Of a stretch of DNA of 64,000 nt, positions 39,121-48,971 are shown in pieces. Where the stretch lies: NCBI GenBank assembly GCA_965223415.1, contig OZ245002.1:2080001-2144000 (forward strand). Reading direction: 5' to 3'. Under the pieces are notes generated by a model. The model worked only from the letters and a program-made list of their open reading frames with translations. It was not told where the DNA came from and made no database searches. The first letter of the stretch is position 1. Each line of letters opens with the position of its first letter. The translations under genes and the position numbers were made by a program. This DNA comes from Myxococcota bacterium. Its GTDB lineage: Bacteria > Myxococcota_A > UBA9160 > UBA6930.

Positions 39121-40032
39121 ATGAGTGAAGCCGAAGCCAGGGAGCTGCTCAGCCGCGAAGAGCTCGCGGCACTCCTGCAGGAGCTGCGGGAGGACCGGGG
39201 CAGTGCGCGGTCCTTCCCGGACAGCTCGAGCGGGCGCCTGGCGCCGGTCTCCCGCCTGCTCGGCGAGTTCGCGGACCAGCAGAGCCGCGCGCTCTCGACC
39301 CTGCACCAGCGCAGCATCGACCTCACGCTGCTGGACGTGGCCGAGGTGGCGATGCGCGAGTTCCAGGCGACGCTGCTTCCGGTGGATCGGGTGATCGAGC
39401 TGGAGCTCGAGCCCGGAGGCCACCGGCTCTACCTCCTGCTGGGTCGGTCCTTCCTGTTCGCCTGGCTCGCCCTCGCCTTCGGTGCCAAGGAGAGCACGCC
39501 GGTCGTGAGCGTGCCCGAGCGCCACTACACCCGCATCGAGGAGCGCTTCATGCGGCGGGCGGCCGCCGAGCTGGTGCGGCATCTCGAGGCGACCTGGAGC
39601 TTCCGGAGTCCGGTGCAGATCCGCATCGTGGCGCTCGTCGATCCCGAGTCCCTGCCGCCTGCGTCTTCGAAGTGGGCGCTGGCGAGCTTCGACGCCCGTG
39701 GCCTGGGCGATCTCTGCCGGCTGCGCCTGCTGGTGGATCCCGGACTGTACGCCGCCGAGAGCGAGAGCACCGCCGACCAGGGCGAGCGCGCCGAGCTCGC
39801 CGTGGCCGTGCAGCAGGAGGTGCTCGAGATGCCGGTGCGCGTGCGCATAGAGGCCGGCTACGCGCAGGTGCCGCTGCAGCAGGTAGCCAACCTGCAGGTG
39901 GGCGACGTGATCCCGCTGGAGCGCGCCGATCGGCGTGGGCTGGTGGTGCGAATCGAGGACGAGGCGAAGTACCTGGCGGTGCGCGGCGCCGTGGGTGCGC
40001 GGCTCGCCGTGCAACTGGTCGAGAGCCTCTAG
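39121..40032 (+). CDS. fliM: flagellar motor switch protein FliM (divergent)
   Basis: LLSREELAALL N-terminal motif, YTRIE, C-terminal SPOA (LQVGDVI); lies between fliL and fliN. Confidence 0.8.
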   Translation: MSEAEARELLSREELAALLQELREDRGSARSFPDSSSGRLAPVSRLLGEFADQQSRALSTLHQRSIDLTLLDVAEVAMREFQATLLPVDRVIELELEPGGHRLYLLLGRSFLFAWLALAFGAKESTPVVSVPERHYTRIEERFMRRAAAELVRHLEATWSFRSPVQIRIVALVDPESLPPASSKWALASFDARGLGDLCRLRLLVDPGLYAAESESTADQGERAELAVAVQQEVLEMPVRVRIEAGYAQVPLQQVANLQVGDVIPLERADRRGLVVRIEDEAKYLAVRGAVGARLAVQLVESL

Positions 40033-40043
40033 GAGCGGACGGA

Positions 40044-40352
40044 ATGGAGCAGGAGAAGCCGGACGAGACGGTGGCGGAGGCCACCGATGGCGCTGCCGCC
40101 GAGAGCGGCTCCCTCGACCTCGTGATCGACGTGCCCCTGCGCGTCACCGTCGAGGTCGGATCCGCCTCCATGCTCGTGCGTGAGGTGCTCCAGTTCAGCA
40201 AGGGCTCGGTGATCGAGCTCGATCGCGCCGCCGGGCAGCCGGCGGACGTGCTGGTGAACGGGCGCCTGCTGGCCCGGGGCGAGGTGACGGTCGAAGACGA
40301 CCGCCTCGCCGTACGCATCGTGGAGATGCTGGCCCTTCCGCCGGGCTCGTGA
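40044..40352 (+). CDS. fliN: flagellar motor switch protein FliN
   Basis: DVPLRVTVEVG...GSVIELDR...VNGRLLARGEV. Confidence 0.9.
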   Translation: MEQEKPDETVAEATDGAAAESGSLDLVIDVPLRVTVEVGSASMLVREVLQFSKGSVIELDRAAGQPADVLVNGRLLARGEVTVEDDRLAVRIVEMLALPPGS

Positions 40353-40383
40353 GCCCGGCGGACCGACGCGAGGAGGGGAAGCG

Positions 40384-41427
40384 TTGGTCGAGACAGGATC
40401 CGCACTGCTGGTGGTGCTGGGATGCCTCGCGCTCCTGCGCGTCGCGCTCCAGTGGACAGGACTCGCCGGCGCCGGAACGAAGCGCCGGAGCCTGCGGGTG
40501 GTGGAGAGCTGCGCCCTCGGCTCGCGACAGCGTCTCCACGTGGTCGAGGTGGCGGGCGAGCGCCTGCTGGTCGGCTCCAGCGAGAAGGGGCTCTCGATGC
40601 TGAAGAGCCTGCCGGAAGCCGCCCCGCCCGAGGCGCAAGCGGCACCGGACCCGGAGGTCGAGCGCACGCCGCCGCCGCCGCGCCCGTTGCGTCGCCTGCT
40701 CCAGGCGCTGGGCGGCTTCGCCCTGCTCCTGCTGTTCAGCGATCCCGCCCTGGCCGAGAGCGGCCTGACGATCCAGCTCGAGGGCCTCGACGAGCCGGAG
40801 CAGCTGAGCTCGACCCTCGAGATGGTGGCGTTCTTCACCCTGGTCGGCGTCGCTCCTTCCATCCTGCTGATGGCGACCAGCTTCACGCGCATCGTCATCG
40901 TGCTGGCCTTCCTACGCCAGGCGATCGGCGTGCAGCACCTCCCGCCGAACCAGGTGCTCGTGGGGCTGGCGCTCTTCACCACGCTCTTCGTCATGGCGCC
41001 CCTGGGCGAGCAGATCCGTGTCGACGCCTACGAGCCCTACGTGGCCGAGAAGATCGACGCCTCCGAGGCCGCCGCCAAGGCCATGGGCCCCGTGCGCGGC
41101 TTCCTGCTCCAGTCCACGCAGGAGCAGGACCTGAACCTCTTCCTGGAGATCTCCGGCACGGGCGCGGTGGAAGATCTGGCCGACGTGCCCATCACGACGC
41201 TGCTTCCCTCCTACATGCTGAGCGAGCTGCGCACGGCCTTCGAGATCGGCTTCATGATCTACCTGCCCTTCCTGGTGATCGACCTCGTGATCGCCTCGAT
41301 GCTCATCTCCATGGGCATGATCGTGCTGCCGCCGATCGTGATCTCCCTCCCCTTCAAACTGATGCTCTTCGTGCTGCTCGACGGATGGAATCTGGTGCTC
41401 GGCTCGCTGATCAGCGGGCTGCGCTGA
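40384..41427 (+). CDS. fliP: FliO-FliP fusion protein
   Basis: N-terminal FliO-like domain (TM plus LRVVE..LG.RQRLHVVEV.GERLLVG) in frame with FliP (TSFTRIVIVL, PPNQ, SELRTAF, LPFKL). Confidence 0.85.
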   Translation: MVETGSALLVVLGCLALLRVALQWTGLAGAGTKRRSLRVVESCALGSRQRLHVVEVAGERLLVGSSEKGLSMLKSLPEAAPPEAQAAPDPEVERTPPPPRPLRRLLQALGGFALLLLFSDPALAESGLTIQLEGLDEPEQLSSTLEMVAFFTLVGVAPSILLMATSFTRIVIVLAFLRQAIGVQHLPPNQVLVGLALFTTLFVMAPLGEQIRVDAYEPYVAEKIDASEAAAKAMGPVRGFLLQSTQEQDLNLFLEISGTGAVEDLADVPITTLLPSYMLSELRTAFEIGFMIYLPFLVIDLVIASMLISMGMIVLPPIVISLPFKLMLFVLLDGWNLVLGSLISGLR

Positions 41428-41437
41428 AGGAGGAACG

Positions 41438-41707
41438 ATGGACATCGGGCAAGTCAGTGCGCTCCTGCAGGAGACGATCCGCATCAGCTTGGTGCTCGCG
41501 GCGCCGATCCTGGCCACCGCGCTGCTCTCGGGCCTGGTGGTCTCGATCTTCCAGGCGGCCACCCAGGTGAACGAGCAGACCCTCTCCTTCGTGCCGAAGA
41601 TCGTCCTCACCCTGGGCGTCTTCGCCTTCACCTTTCCCTGGGTCATGGCGAGCCTCGTCGATTTCGGCAACCGGTTGATGAGCCAGGTGGCTGCGGGGGG
41701 CCCGTGA
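41438..41707 (+). CDS. fliQ: flagellar export protein FliQ
   Basis: QAATQVNEQTLSFVPK. Confidence 0.93.
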   Translation: MDIGQVSALLQETIRISLVLAAPILATALLSGLVVSIFQAATQVNEQTLSFVPKIVLTLGVFAFTFPWVMASLVDFGNRLMSQVAAGGP

Positions 41708-42474
41708 CGGTTCCGCTGGACGAGACCTGGTCCTTCGCGCTGGTGATGGTCCGCATCGTCGCGCTCTTCGTGACGGCGCCGCTCTTCAGCCACGCGCTGA
41801 TCCCGATGCGGGTGCGGGCCGGGCTCGCCTTCGCCGTGGCTCTGGCGGCCGGCACGCGCTTCGGCGAGGCGCCGGACCCGGCCCTGCTGAGCGGCGCCGA
41901 GGCGACGGCCCTCGTGGTGCGAGAGGCCCTCGTCGGCATCCTCCTGGGCTTCGCCTCGGGGCTCGTCTTCAGCGGGCTGGCGCTGATGGGGGAGTTCGCG
42001 TCGATCCAGGGCGGCCTGGGCGCGGCCACCGTCCTCGATCCGATGAGCGGCTCGTCCTCGGTGGTGCTCACCTCGATGATCCAGCTCTTCGGCGTGCTGA
42101 CCTTCCTGGCCATCGACGGCCACCACGAGGTGCTGCGGGGCCTCGCGCTCTCCTTCGCCGTCTTCCCGGTGGGCCAGATGACGATGGACGTGGCGGCCTT
42201 CGAGACCGTGGCGAAGCTCGGCAGCGTGATCTTCCGGGTGGCGGTCCATCTGGCCGCACCGATCACCGCTGCGATGGTGATCTCGAACGTCGCGGTGGGC
42301 ATCCTCGGGCGGGCGATTCCTCAGTTGAACCTGATGGCGTTGCAGCTTCCCGCCCACGTGGCGACCACCCTGCTCATCCTCGGCCTGGGCGCGGCCCCGC
42401 TCACCGACGTCATGGCCCGCACCCTGCGTGGCTTCACCGACGAAGCGATCGGCGCGGTCCTCGGAGTACGTTAG
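41704..42474 (+). CDS. fliR: flagellar export protein FliR
   Basis: APLFS...DGHH...GRAIPQLN. Confidence 0.9.
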   Translation: MTVPLDETWSFALVMVRIVALFVTAPLFSHALIPMRVRAGLAFAVALAAGTRFGEAPDPALLSGAEATALVVREALVGILLGFASGLVFSGLALMGEFASIQGGLGAATVLDPMSGSSSVVLTSMIQLFGVLTFLAIDGHHEVLRGLALSFAVFPVGQMTMDVAAFETVAKLGSVIFRVAVHLAAPITAAMVISNVAVGILGRAIPQLNLMALQLPAHVATTLLILGLGAAPLTDVMARTLRGFTDEAIGAVLGVR

Positions 42475-43563
42475 GTGCCTGAAGAAGAAGCGGAGCGAAC
42501 CGAACCGGCGACGCCGAAGCGTCGTCAGGACGCGCGGAACAAGGGTGAAGTGGCCCAGAGCCGCGAGATCCAGCACGTCGTCATTCTCGGGGTGGCGCTC
42601 CTGGCCCTGGGCTCGTTCCTGGGTGGCGGCGTGGTGACCGCGCTGGCGGAGGTGGCCCGTTCCTCGTGGGGTGCGGTGGCGGCGCCGCCGGAGACCCTCG
42701 CCGACTACCGCTCCGTCCTGATCGGCTACGTGCGCTACCCCGCCCTGGCCGTCCTTCCCCTCTTCCTGCTGCTCGCGGCAACCGGCGCCTTGGCGCAGGT
42801 GCTGCAGACCGGGCCCCTGCTGAGCGCCCAGGCGCTGGCTTTCAAGCCGAACCGCATGAGCCCGCTCCAGGGCGTGAAGCGCTTCGTCAGTCCGGACCGC
42901 CTCTTCGATCTGGCCAAGGCGATCCTCAAGATCACCATCGTCGGCGCCGTCGGCTGGGCCGTGATCGGGGGCGAAATCGATCGCGTGATCGGCCTTGCCG
43001 ACGTGGACATCGGGCCCGGCCTCGCGACCCTCGGAATGCTGGTCCGCCGGCTGGCCATCGCCATCCTCGCGGTGCTGGCGGTGATGGCGGTCGGCGATCT
43101 CCTCTACCAGCGTTGGCGCTACGAGAAGCGGCTGCGCATGAGCAAGCGGGAGGTTCGGGAGGAGGCCAAGCAGCGCGAGGGCAACCCCCACGTCCGCAGC
43201 CGCTTCCGCCAGATGCAGCGCGAGCTCTCGCGCTCGCGGATGATCTCGGCGGTGGCCGACGCCGACGTCGTCGTCACCAACCCGACCCACTACGCCGTGG
43301 CCCTGCGCTACCAGCAGGACGAGATGCGCGCGCCGGAGGTCGTGGCGAAGGGCCGCGGCCACGTGGCCGCCCGCATCCGCGAAGCTGCCCGGGACGCCGA
43401 CGTCCCGGTCGTCGAGAACCCGCCGCTGGCGCGGATGCTCCACCAGACCACCGAGGTCGGACACGCCGTGCCGGAGAACCTGTTCCAGGCGGTGGCCGAG
43501 GTGCTGGCCTACGTCTACCGGCTCGATCCGCGTAGGGCGAGCGCCTGGGGGGCTGCCTCGTGA
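42475..43563 (+). CDS. flhB: flagellar export protein FlhB
   Basis: RTEPATPKR, NPTH autocleavage motif. Confidence 0.93.
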   Translation: MPEEEAERTEPATPKRRQDARNKGEVAQSREIQHVVILGVALLALGSFLGGGVVTALAEVARSSWGAVAAPPETLADYRSVLIGYVRYPALAVLPLFLLLAATGALAQVLQTGPLLSAQALAFKPNRMSPLQGVKRFVSPDRLFDLAKAILKITIVGAVGWAVIGGEIDRVIGLADVDIGPGLATLGMLVRRLAIAILAVLAVMAVGDLLYQRWRYEKRLRMSKREVREEAKQREGNPHVRSRFRQMQRELSRSRMISAVADADVVVTNPTHYAVALRYQQDEMRAPEVVAKGRGHVAARIREAARDADVPVVENPPLARMLHQTTEVGHAVPENLFQAVAEVLAYVYRLDPRRASAWGAAS

Positions 43564-45635
43564 GGGGCGCACGAAGCGAGCTGCTGCTGGCCGGAACCTT
43601 CTTCTGGATCCTGGCGCTCTTGATCGTGCCGCTGCCGCCGGCGCTGCTCGATCTCTTCCTGTCGCTCTCGATCACCATCTCGCTGATCATCCTGCTGATC
43701 GCGCTCTACGTGGAGAAGCCCCTCGACTTCTCCGTCTTCCCCTCTTTGCTGCTGATCGTGACGCTCTCGCGGCTGGGCCTGAACGTCGCGAGCACCCGGC
43801 TCATCCTGGTGCGCGGTCCGGAGGGCTCCGACGCCGCCGGCCGCGTGATCCAGGCCTTCGGAGACATCGCCGTCGGCGGCAACTACCTGGTCGGCATCAT
43901 CCTGTTCCTGATCTTCGTGATCATCAACTTCGTGGTCATCTCGAAGGGCTCGGGCCGAATCGCCGAGGTCGCCGCCCGCTTCACCCTGGACGCCATGCCC
44001 GGCAAGCAGATGGCGATCGACGCGGACCTGAACCAGGGCATCCTGGACGAACGCGAGGCCAAGGATCGGCGACGGGAGATCCAGCGCGAGTCGGATTTCT
44101 ACGGCGCGATGGACGGCGCCAGCAAGTTCGTGAAGGGCGACGCCATCGCCGGCCTGGTGATCATGGCGGTGAACATCCTGGGAGGCCTCGCCGTCGGCGT
44201 AGTGCAGGGCGGCATGGCCCTCGGCGACGCGGTGGAGACCTACACGCTGCTGACCGTGGGCGACGGCCTGGTCGGGCAGGTCCCCGCGCTGATCGTCTCC
44301 ACCGCCGCCGGCATGGTCGTCACCCGGGCGGCCGCCGGCGACACGCTCTCCGCCGAGCTCGGCACCCAGGTCGTGATGCAGCCCCGCGCGATGTACGGCG
44401 CCGCCGGCATGCTCGGTGTGCTGGCCTTGGTGCCGGGCTTCCCGTTCGCGCCCTTCGCCGGGCTCGCCGCCGGCGCGGCCTACATCGCTCGCCAGATGAA
44501 CCAGAAGCAGCAGCAGGAGGAGCCCATGGAGCCGCCGGCCGAGACCACCGAGCCCGCCGTGACCGAGGAAGAGGAAGTGCGCGGCGCGCTGGCCCTCGAC
44601 GACCTCGAGCTCGAGATCGGCTACGGGCTGATCCCCCTGGTGGACCCGGACCGCGGCGGCGACCTGCTGCCCCGGGTGCGCGCCATGCGCAAGCAGCTCG
44701 CGACGGAGCTGGGCTTCGTGATCCCGCTGATCCACATTCGCGACAACCTGCAGCTCGAGCCCGGCGAGTACGCGATCCTGGTGCGGGGCAACCAGGTGGC
44801 GCGCTCGAGGATTCCGCCCGGTCGTCTGCTCGCGATCCAGCCCGGCGAGGGCGCCCCGGAGATCCCGGGCATCGCGACCAAGGATCCGGCCTTCGGCCTG
44901 CCCGCGATCTGGATCCAGGATCGGGACAAGGAGCGCGCCACCACGGCCGGCTACGCGGTGGTCGACTCGGCCTCCGCCCTCGCGACGCACCTGGCCGAGA
45001 CGATCCGCCGCTTCGCGCCGGAGCTCCTGACCCGCGCCCAGGTGATGGAGCTGCTCGACGCTTTCTCGCGCCAGTCGCCGAAGGTGGTGGAGGACATCGT
45101 GCCGGCGCTGGTCAGCGTGTCGGTGCTGCACCGCACCCTGCGCCAGCTCCTGGAGGAGGGCGTGTCGATCCGCGACGTCGGCGCCATCCTCGAGACCCTC
45201 GCCGAGTATTCCGGCAAGATCGAGGATCCGGACCTGCAAACGGATCTCGTGCGGGAGCGCCTCGGCCGCACCATCACCCGACCGCTGCTCGAGCCCGACG
45301 GTACGCTCAAGGTGCTCACCCTCGAGCCCGGGCTGGAGGAGAGCCTCAAGAGCGGCGTCCAGCGTTCCCAGGGCGGCTCCTTCCTGGCGGTGGATCCGGG
45401 CACGCTGGACCGGCTGGTGAGGGGGGTCGAGGCGCGGCTCCAGGGTCTGCCCGCCGGAAGCGACCGCGGGCCGGTGCTGCTCTCGCCCCAGCAGCTCCGC
45501 TCGCCCCTGCGCCAGCTGCTCTCGCGCAGCGCGCCGCAGGTGGCGGTGGTGTCTCACAACGAGCTGCCGCCGGACGTTCGCATCGTCGCGGCGGGACAAG
45601 TGGAGCTGGCGGATGCCCAACCGGCCTTCTCTTGA
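43560..45635 (+). CDS. flhA: flagellar export protein FlhA
   Basis: EVAARFTLDAMPGKQMAIDADL, GAMDGASKFVKGD. Confidence 0.95.
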   Translation: MRGARSELLLAGTFFWILALLIVPLPPALLDLFLSLSITISLIILLIALYVEKPLDFSVFPSLLLIVTLSRLGLNVASTRLILVRGPEGSDAAGRVIQAFGDIAVGGNYLVGIILFLIFVIINFVVISKGSGRIAEVAARFTLDAMPGKQMAIDADLNQGILDEREAKDRRREIQRESDFYGAMDGASKFVKGDAIAGLVIMAVNILGGLAVGVVQGGMALGDAVETYTLLTVGDGLVGQVPALIVSTAAGMVVTRAAAGDTLSAELGTQVVMQPRAMYGAAGMLGVLALVPGFPFAPFAGLAAGAAYIARQMNQKQQQEEPMEPPAETTEPAVTEEEEVRGALALDDLELEIGYGLIPLVDPDRGGDLLPRVRAMRKQLATELGFVIPLIHIRDNLQLEPGEYAILVRGNQVARSRIPPGRLLAIQPGEGAPEIPGIATKDPAFGLPAIWIQDRDKERATTAGYAVVDSASALATHLAETIRRFAPELLTRAQVMELLDAFSRQSPKVVEDIVPALVSVSVLHRTLRQLLEEGVSIRDVGAILETLAEYSGKIEDPDLQTDLVRERLGRTITRPLLEPDGTLKVLTLEPGLEESLKSGVQRSQGGSFLAVDPGTLDRLVRGVEARLQGLPAGSDRGPVLLSPQQLRSPLRQLLSRSAPQVAVVSHNELPPDVRIVAAGQVELADAQPAFS

Positions 45636-45651
45636 GACGGGGGACTGACCC

Positions 45652-46800
45652 GTGCACATCAAACGCTTCGAAGCGCCGACCATGCCCGAGGCGATCGCCC
45701 AGATCCGAGAGGAGCTGGGTCCGGAGGCACTGATCCTGCAGACGCGGCAGGTCCGTCGAGAGGGGGTGTTCGGCATGCTGGCCCGTCCCGTCGTCGAGGT
45801 GACGGCGGCGGTGGATCGGGATCACGCGCGCAGCCGCGCTGCCGCCGCCGGGCCCGAGCAGCGCAGCTGGCGCGAGATCCAGATCGCGCGGACACTGATG
45901 GAGCCGATCGAATCCGAGGTGAAGTCGGTGCGGCGCTCGGTGGACGCGCTGACCGGCGGCGCCCAAGGCACGCTCACCATCGCCGCCGAGGTCGCCGAGC
46001 TGCGCCAGATGGTCGCCGACCTGAGGCGTCCCTCCCTCGTCGGCGGGCGGACCCTGCTCGCCGCGCTCCTTTCCTCCGGGCTCGAGCCGCGCCACGCCTT
46101 CGCGCTCGCCGCGGAAGCGGAGACCCTCCAAGGTGTCGAGGCCCACGAAGCCTGCGTCGCCAGCCTGGCCTCGCGTCTCGAGGCACGGCTGCGTCCCGAG
46201 CGCGACGACGACCCGGCGGTGACGATGGTGGTGGGGCCGACCGGGGTCGGCAAGACGACGAGCCTCGCCAAGGTGGCCGGCCTGCGATGCGGGGTGCGGC
46301 GCGGGCTCGCGGTGGTGACGACCGATGCCCATCGCTACGGCGCCGAGCTGCTGCTCCGCCGCTTCGCCCGGGACCTGGAGGTGCCCTTCGACGTGGCGGT
46401 GTCTCCCGAGTCCCTGGGCGAGCGCGCCCGGCACTTCGCGAGGCGACGGCTCTTCGTGGATACGGCGGGCCGCAGCCCGAGCGATTCGGGCGGTCTCCCG
46501 GAGCTTCGGGCCCTGCGCGAGGCGCTTCCCGAGGACGCCCAGGTGCAGCTCGTGGTCTCCGCGACGACGAAGCAGGAGGACCTGCGGGCCCAGGTGGCCC
46601 GTTTCCGACCCCTCGAGCCGGACGCGCTGATCGTGACCAAGACCGACGAGAGCACGGATCTCACCAACGTCGTGAACCTGCTGCTCGACGAGGAGTCGCC
46701 GCCGCTCACCTGGTTCGGCGTGGGACAGAAGGTCCCGAGCGACCTGCGGGTCCCGGATCCGCGGGAGCTCGCCCTGGGCGTCCTGGGGACAGCGGCGTGA
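45652..46800 (+). CDS. flhF: flagellar SRP-type GTPase FlhF
   Basis: GPTGVGKTT, DTAG, TKTDE. Confidence 0.9.
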   Translation: MHIKRFEAPTMPEAIAQIREELGPEALILQTRQVRREGVFGMLARPVVEVTAAVDRDHARSRAAAAGPEQRSWREIQIARTLMEPIESEVKSVRRSVDALTGGAQGTLTIAAEVAELRQMVADLRRPSLVGGRTLLAALLSSGLEPRHAFALAAEAETLQGVEAHEACVASLASRLEARLRPERDDDPAVTMVVGPTGVGKTTSLAKVAGLRCGVRRGLAVVTTDAHRYGAELLLRRFARDLEVPFDVAVSPESLGERARHFARRRLFVDTAGRSPSDSGGLPELRALREALPEDAQVQLVVSATTKQEDLRAQVARFRPLEPDALIVTKTDESTDLTNVVNLLLDEESPPLTWFGVGQKVPSDLRVPDPRELALGVLGTAA

Positions 46801-47588
46801 GGGGCGCGCGTCTCGTCTCGGTGGTGAGCGGCAAGGGAGGCGTCGGCAAGACGAATCTCGTCGCGAACCTGGCGGTCTCTGCCGCCGGCCAGGGAGCCCG
46901 CGTGCTCGTGGTGGACGGCGATCTCGGCCTCTCGAACGTGGACGTGCTGCTCGGTCTCACGCCGCCGCGCACGGTTGCTGACGTGCTGGAAGGCCGCTGC
47001 AGCTTCGAGGAGGCGCTGCTCGAGGGACCGCGGGGCATCCACCTGCTTCCCGCCGCGTCCGGAAGGATGGACCTACCCGCCTGTCGTCCTGACGATCTGG
47101 CGGCGCTGCTGCTTCCCCTCTTCGAGGCGGCGTCCCGCTACGACCTGGTGCTGGTCGACGGCGGCGCCGGCGTCGGACCGGCGGTGGTCAGCCTGGCTGC
47201 GGCCTGCGATCGGGCGCTGCTCGTCGTGACCCGCGATCCCACCTGTCTGGCGGACGCCTATGCGACGTTGAAGGTGCTGGCCCGGGAGGCGCCGAGCCTT
47301 CGGGTCGAGGTGCTCGTGAACCTGGCGCGAGGCGAGCTGGAGGCCCGTGCGACCCACGCCCGTCTCGACCGGGTGGCCGGGCGCTTCCTCGGCACCCACC
47401 CGCCCTTTCGGGGCTACCTGCCCGTCGACCCGCGCCTCGCGGAGGCGTCGCTCCTGCAGCGGGCGGTCGTGGAGGCCTTCCCTTCCGCCCCTGCCGCCGA
47501 GAAGATCCACGACCTCGCCCGGGACCTGCTCGCCCTGCCGGGTCCGGGCGAGGCTTTGCTTCAACCCTCTCCGAGAGTCACGCCATGA
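46797..47588 (+). CDS. flhG: MinD-like ATPase FlhG/FleN
   Basis: SGKGGVGKT, DGDLGLSN; follows flhF. Confidence 0.9.
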   Translation: MRGARLVSVVSGKGGVGKTNLVANLAVSAAGQGARVLVVDGDLGLSNVDVLLGLTPPRTVADVLEGRCSFEEALLEGPRGIHLLPAASGRMDLPACRPDDLAALLLPLFEAASRYDLVLVDGGAGVGPAVVSLAAACDRALLVVTRDPTCLADAYATLKVLAREAPSLRVEVLVNLARGELEARATHARLDRVAGRFLGTHPPFRGYLPVDPRLAEASLLQRAVVEAFPSAPAAEKIHDLARDLLALPGPGEALLQPSPRVTP

Positions 47589-48439
47589 ACGACCGCCTCA
47601 AGCCCTACCTCGCCGTCGTCGGCGATCTCCCCGGCATCCCCGCGATCGCCAGCCAGGTGATGAGCGCCGCCGCCGATCCGAACACCAGCGCCGACGATCT
47701 GCGTCAGGTCATCGAGCGGGATCCGGCGCTCGCCGCGCGCATCCTGAAGGTGGCGAACTCCTCGCTCTACTCTTTCTCGAAAGGGATCGAGACGCTGCGG
47801 CACGCCATTGCCCTGCTCGGCTTTCGCACGGTCGAGAACCTGGTGATGGCAGCCTCGCTCCGGGACGTCTTCCAGAACTTCGGGCTCTCGGAGAAGCTGC
47901 TGTGGGAGCACTCGACCCTGGCCGGGTCGGTGGCGGCGAAGCTCTCGAGCTATGGGCCGATCGACGTGGACCGCGAGTCCGCCTTCACGGCCGGCCTGCT
48001 CCACGATCTCGGCAAGATCGCGCTCTCGAACACCGCCCGCGAGAAGTACAACAAGATCATCATGCGGACCTACAACGAGGGCGTGTCCTTCCGCGACGCC
48101 GAGCTGGACGAGTTCGGCTTCGATCACGCGGAGCTGGGCGCTCTGGTGGGCGAGAAGTGGAAGCTCCCGGACCGGCTCGTCCACGCAATCCGCTTCCACC
48201 ACCACGATCCGCTGGAGTACCCGGACGGGCCGCCGGAGGACGGCCGCCTGATCGCGCTCACGGCGGTCGTCACACGCTGCTGCAGCCGGCTCGGCTACGG
48301 AAGGCGAGGCCCCATCGAGGCCATCGACGTGATGGAGCTGCCGGCCTGGAACCACCTCGACCTCGGCACGGCCGACATGGAGCCGATCCTCGAGCTCGTG
48401 CTCGAGGAGGCGAAGAGCGCGGAGGGTCTGTTCGGCTGA
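47585..48439 (+). CDS. HDOD domain protein
   Basis: DPALAARILKVANS, WEHS, GLLHDLGK, DHAELG. Confidence 0.9.
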   Translation: MNDRLKPYLAVVGDLPGIPAIASQVMSAAADPNTSADDLRQVIERDPALAARILKVANSSLYSFSKGIETLRHAIALLGFRTVENLVMAASLRDVFQNFGLSEKLLWEHSTLAGSVAAKLSSYGPIDVDRESAFTAGLLHDLGKIALSNTAREKYNKIIMRTYNEGVSFRDAELDEFGFDHAELGALVGEKWKLPDRLVHAIRFHHHDPLEYPDGPPEDGRLIALTAVVTRCCSRLGYGRRGPIEAIDVMELPAWNHLDLGTADMEPILELVLEEAKSAEGLFG

Positions 48440-48467
48440 GCGCCGCCGGAACCCACGGAGGTTCGCC

Positions 48468-48755
48468 ATGGAGAGCAACCCGATCCCCCCCCGTCTTCCC
48501 GAGCCCGCGGTCACCCAGGCGCGGGAAGCGGGCCAGCGCCAGGAGGGGCGCCGCCGCTTCGACGAGGAGCGGCGCAAGGCGTTCCGTCGAGCCAGGGGCG
48601 GCGACGCCGGGGGAACGGCCGAGCCGGAGCTCGAGCTTTCGCCGGAGGCCATCGCGTCTCGGGAACGGACACCGCCGCGAGAGCGCGCTCCGGAGGGCGA
48701 CACCGCAGAGGAATCCCTGGACGTGCGCGGCCGGCGCCTCGACATCCGCGTCTGA
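48468..48755 (+). CDS. small charged hypothetical protein
   Basis: GGAGG SD; LELSPEA and C-terminal GRRLDIRV. Confidence 0.65.
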   Translation: MESNPIPPRLPEPAVTQAREAGQRQEGRRRFDEERRKAFRRARGGDAGGTAEPELELSPEAIASRERTPPRERAPEGDTAEESLDVRGRRLDIRV

Positions 48756-48913
48756 CCCGGGGCCGCGCCATCCCCGTGCAGGCTGAAACGCGCGTGAAAC
48801 GGATGCCGGCGCATGTTGCCACCGGCGAAGGGCCCGGGCGCCGGGAGCGCGTCCGAACGCGCGCGAGAGGGAGCTAGAACGCCCCCACCCGGCAGCTTCT
48901 TCCCACCGGGTCG

Positions 48914-48929
48914 TGGCACGCGTCTTGCT
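48914..48929 (+). promoter_or_regulatory. sigma54 promoter of the flgF operon
   Basis: TGGCACG-CGTC-TTGCT, consensus match. Confidence 0.85.
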
Positions 48930-48971
48930 CTCCCCTCGTTCGTCAGTTCCCACCCTTCGAGGAGGCCCGCG

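Noticed and set aside
40912..45776. Very long antisense and alternative-frame ORFs here and throughout the window
   Set aside because: Expected shadows of high-GC coding sequence; no recognisable motifs
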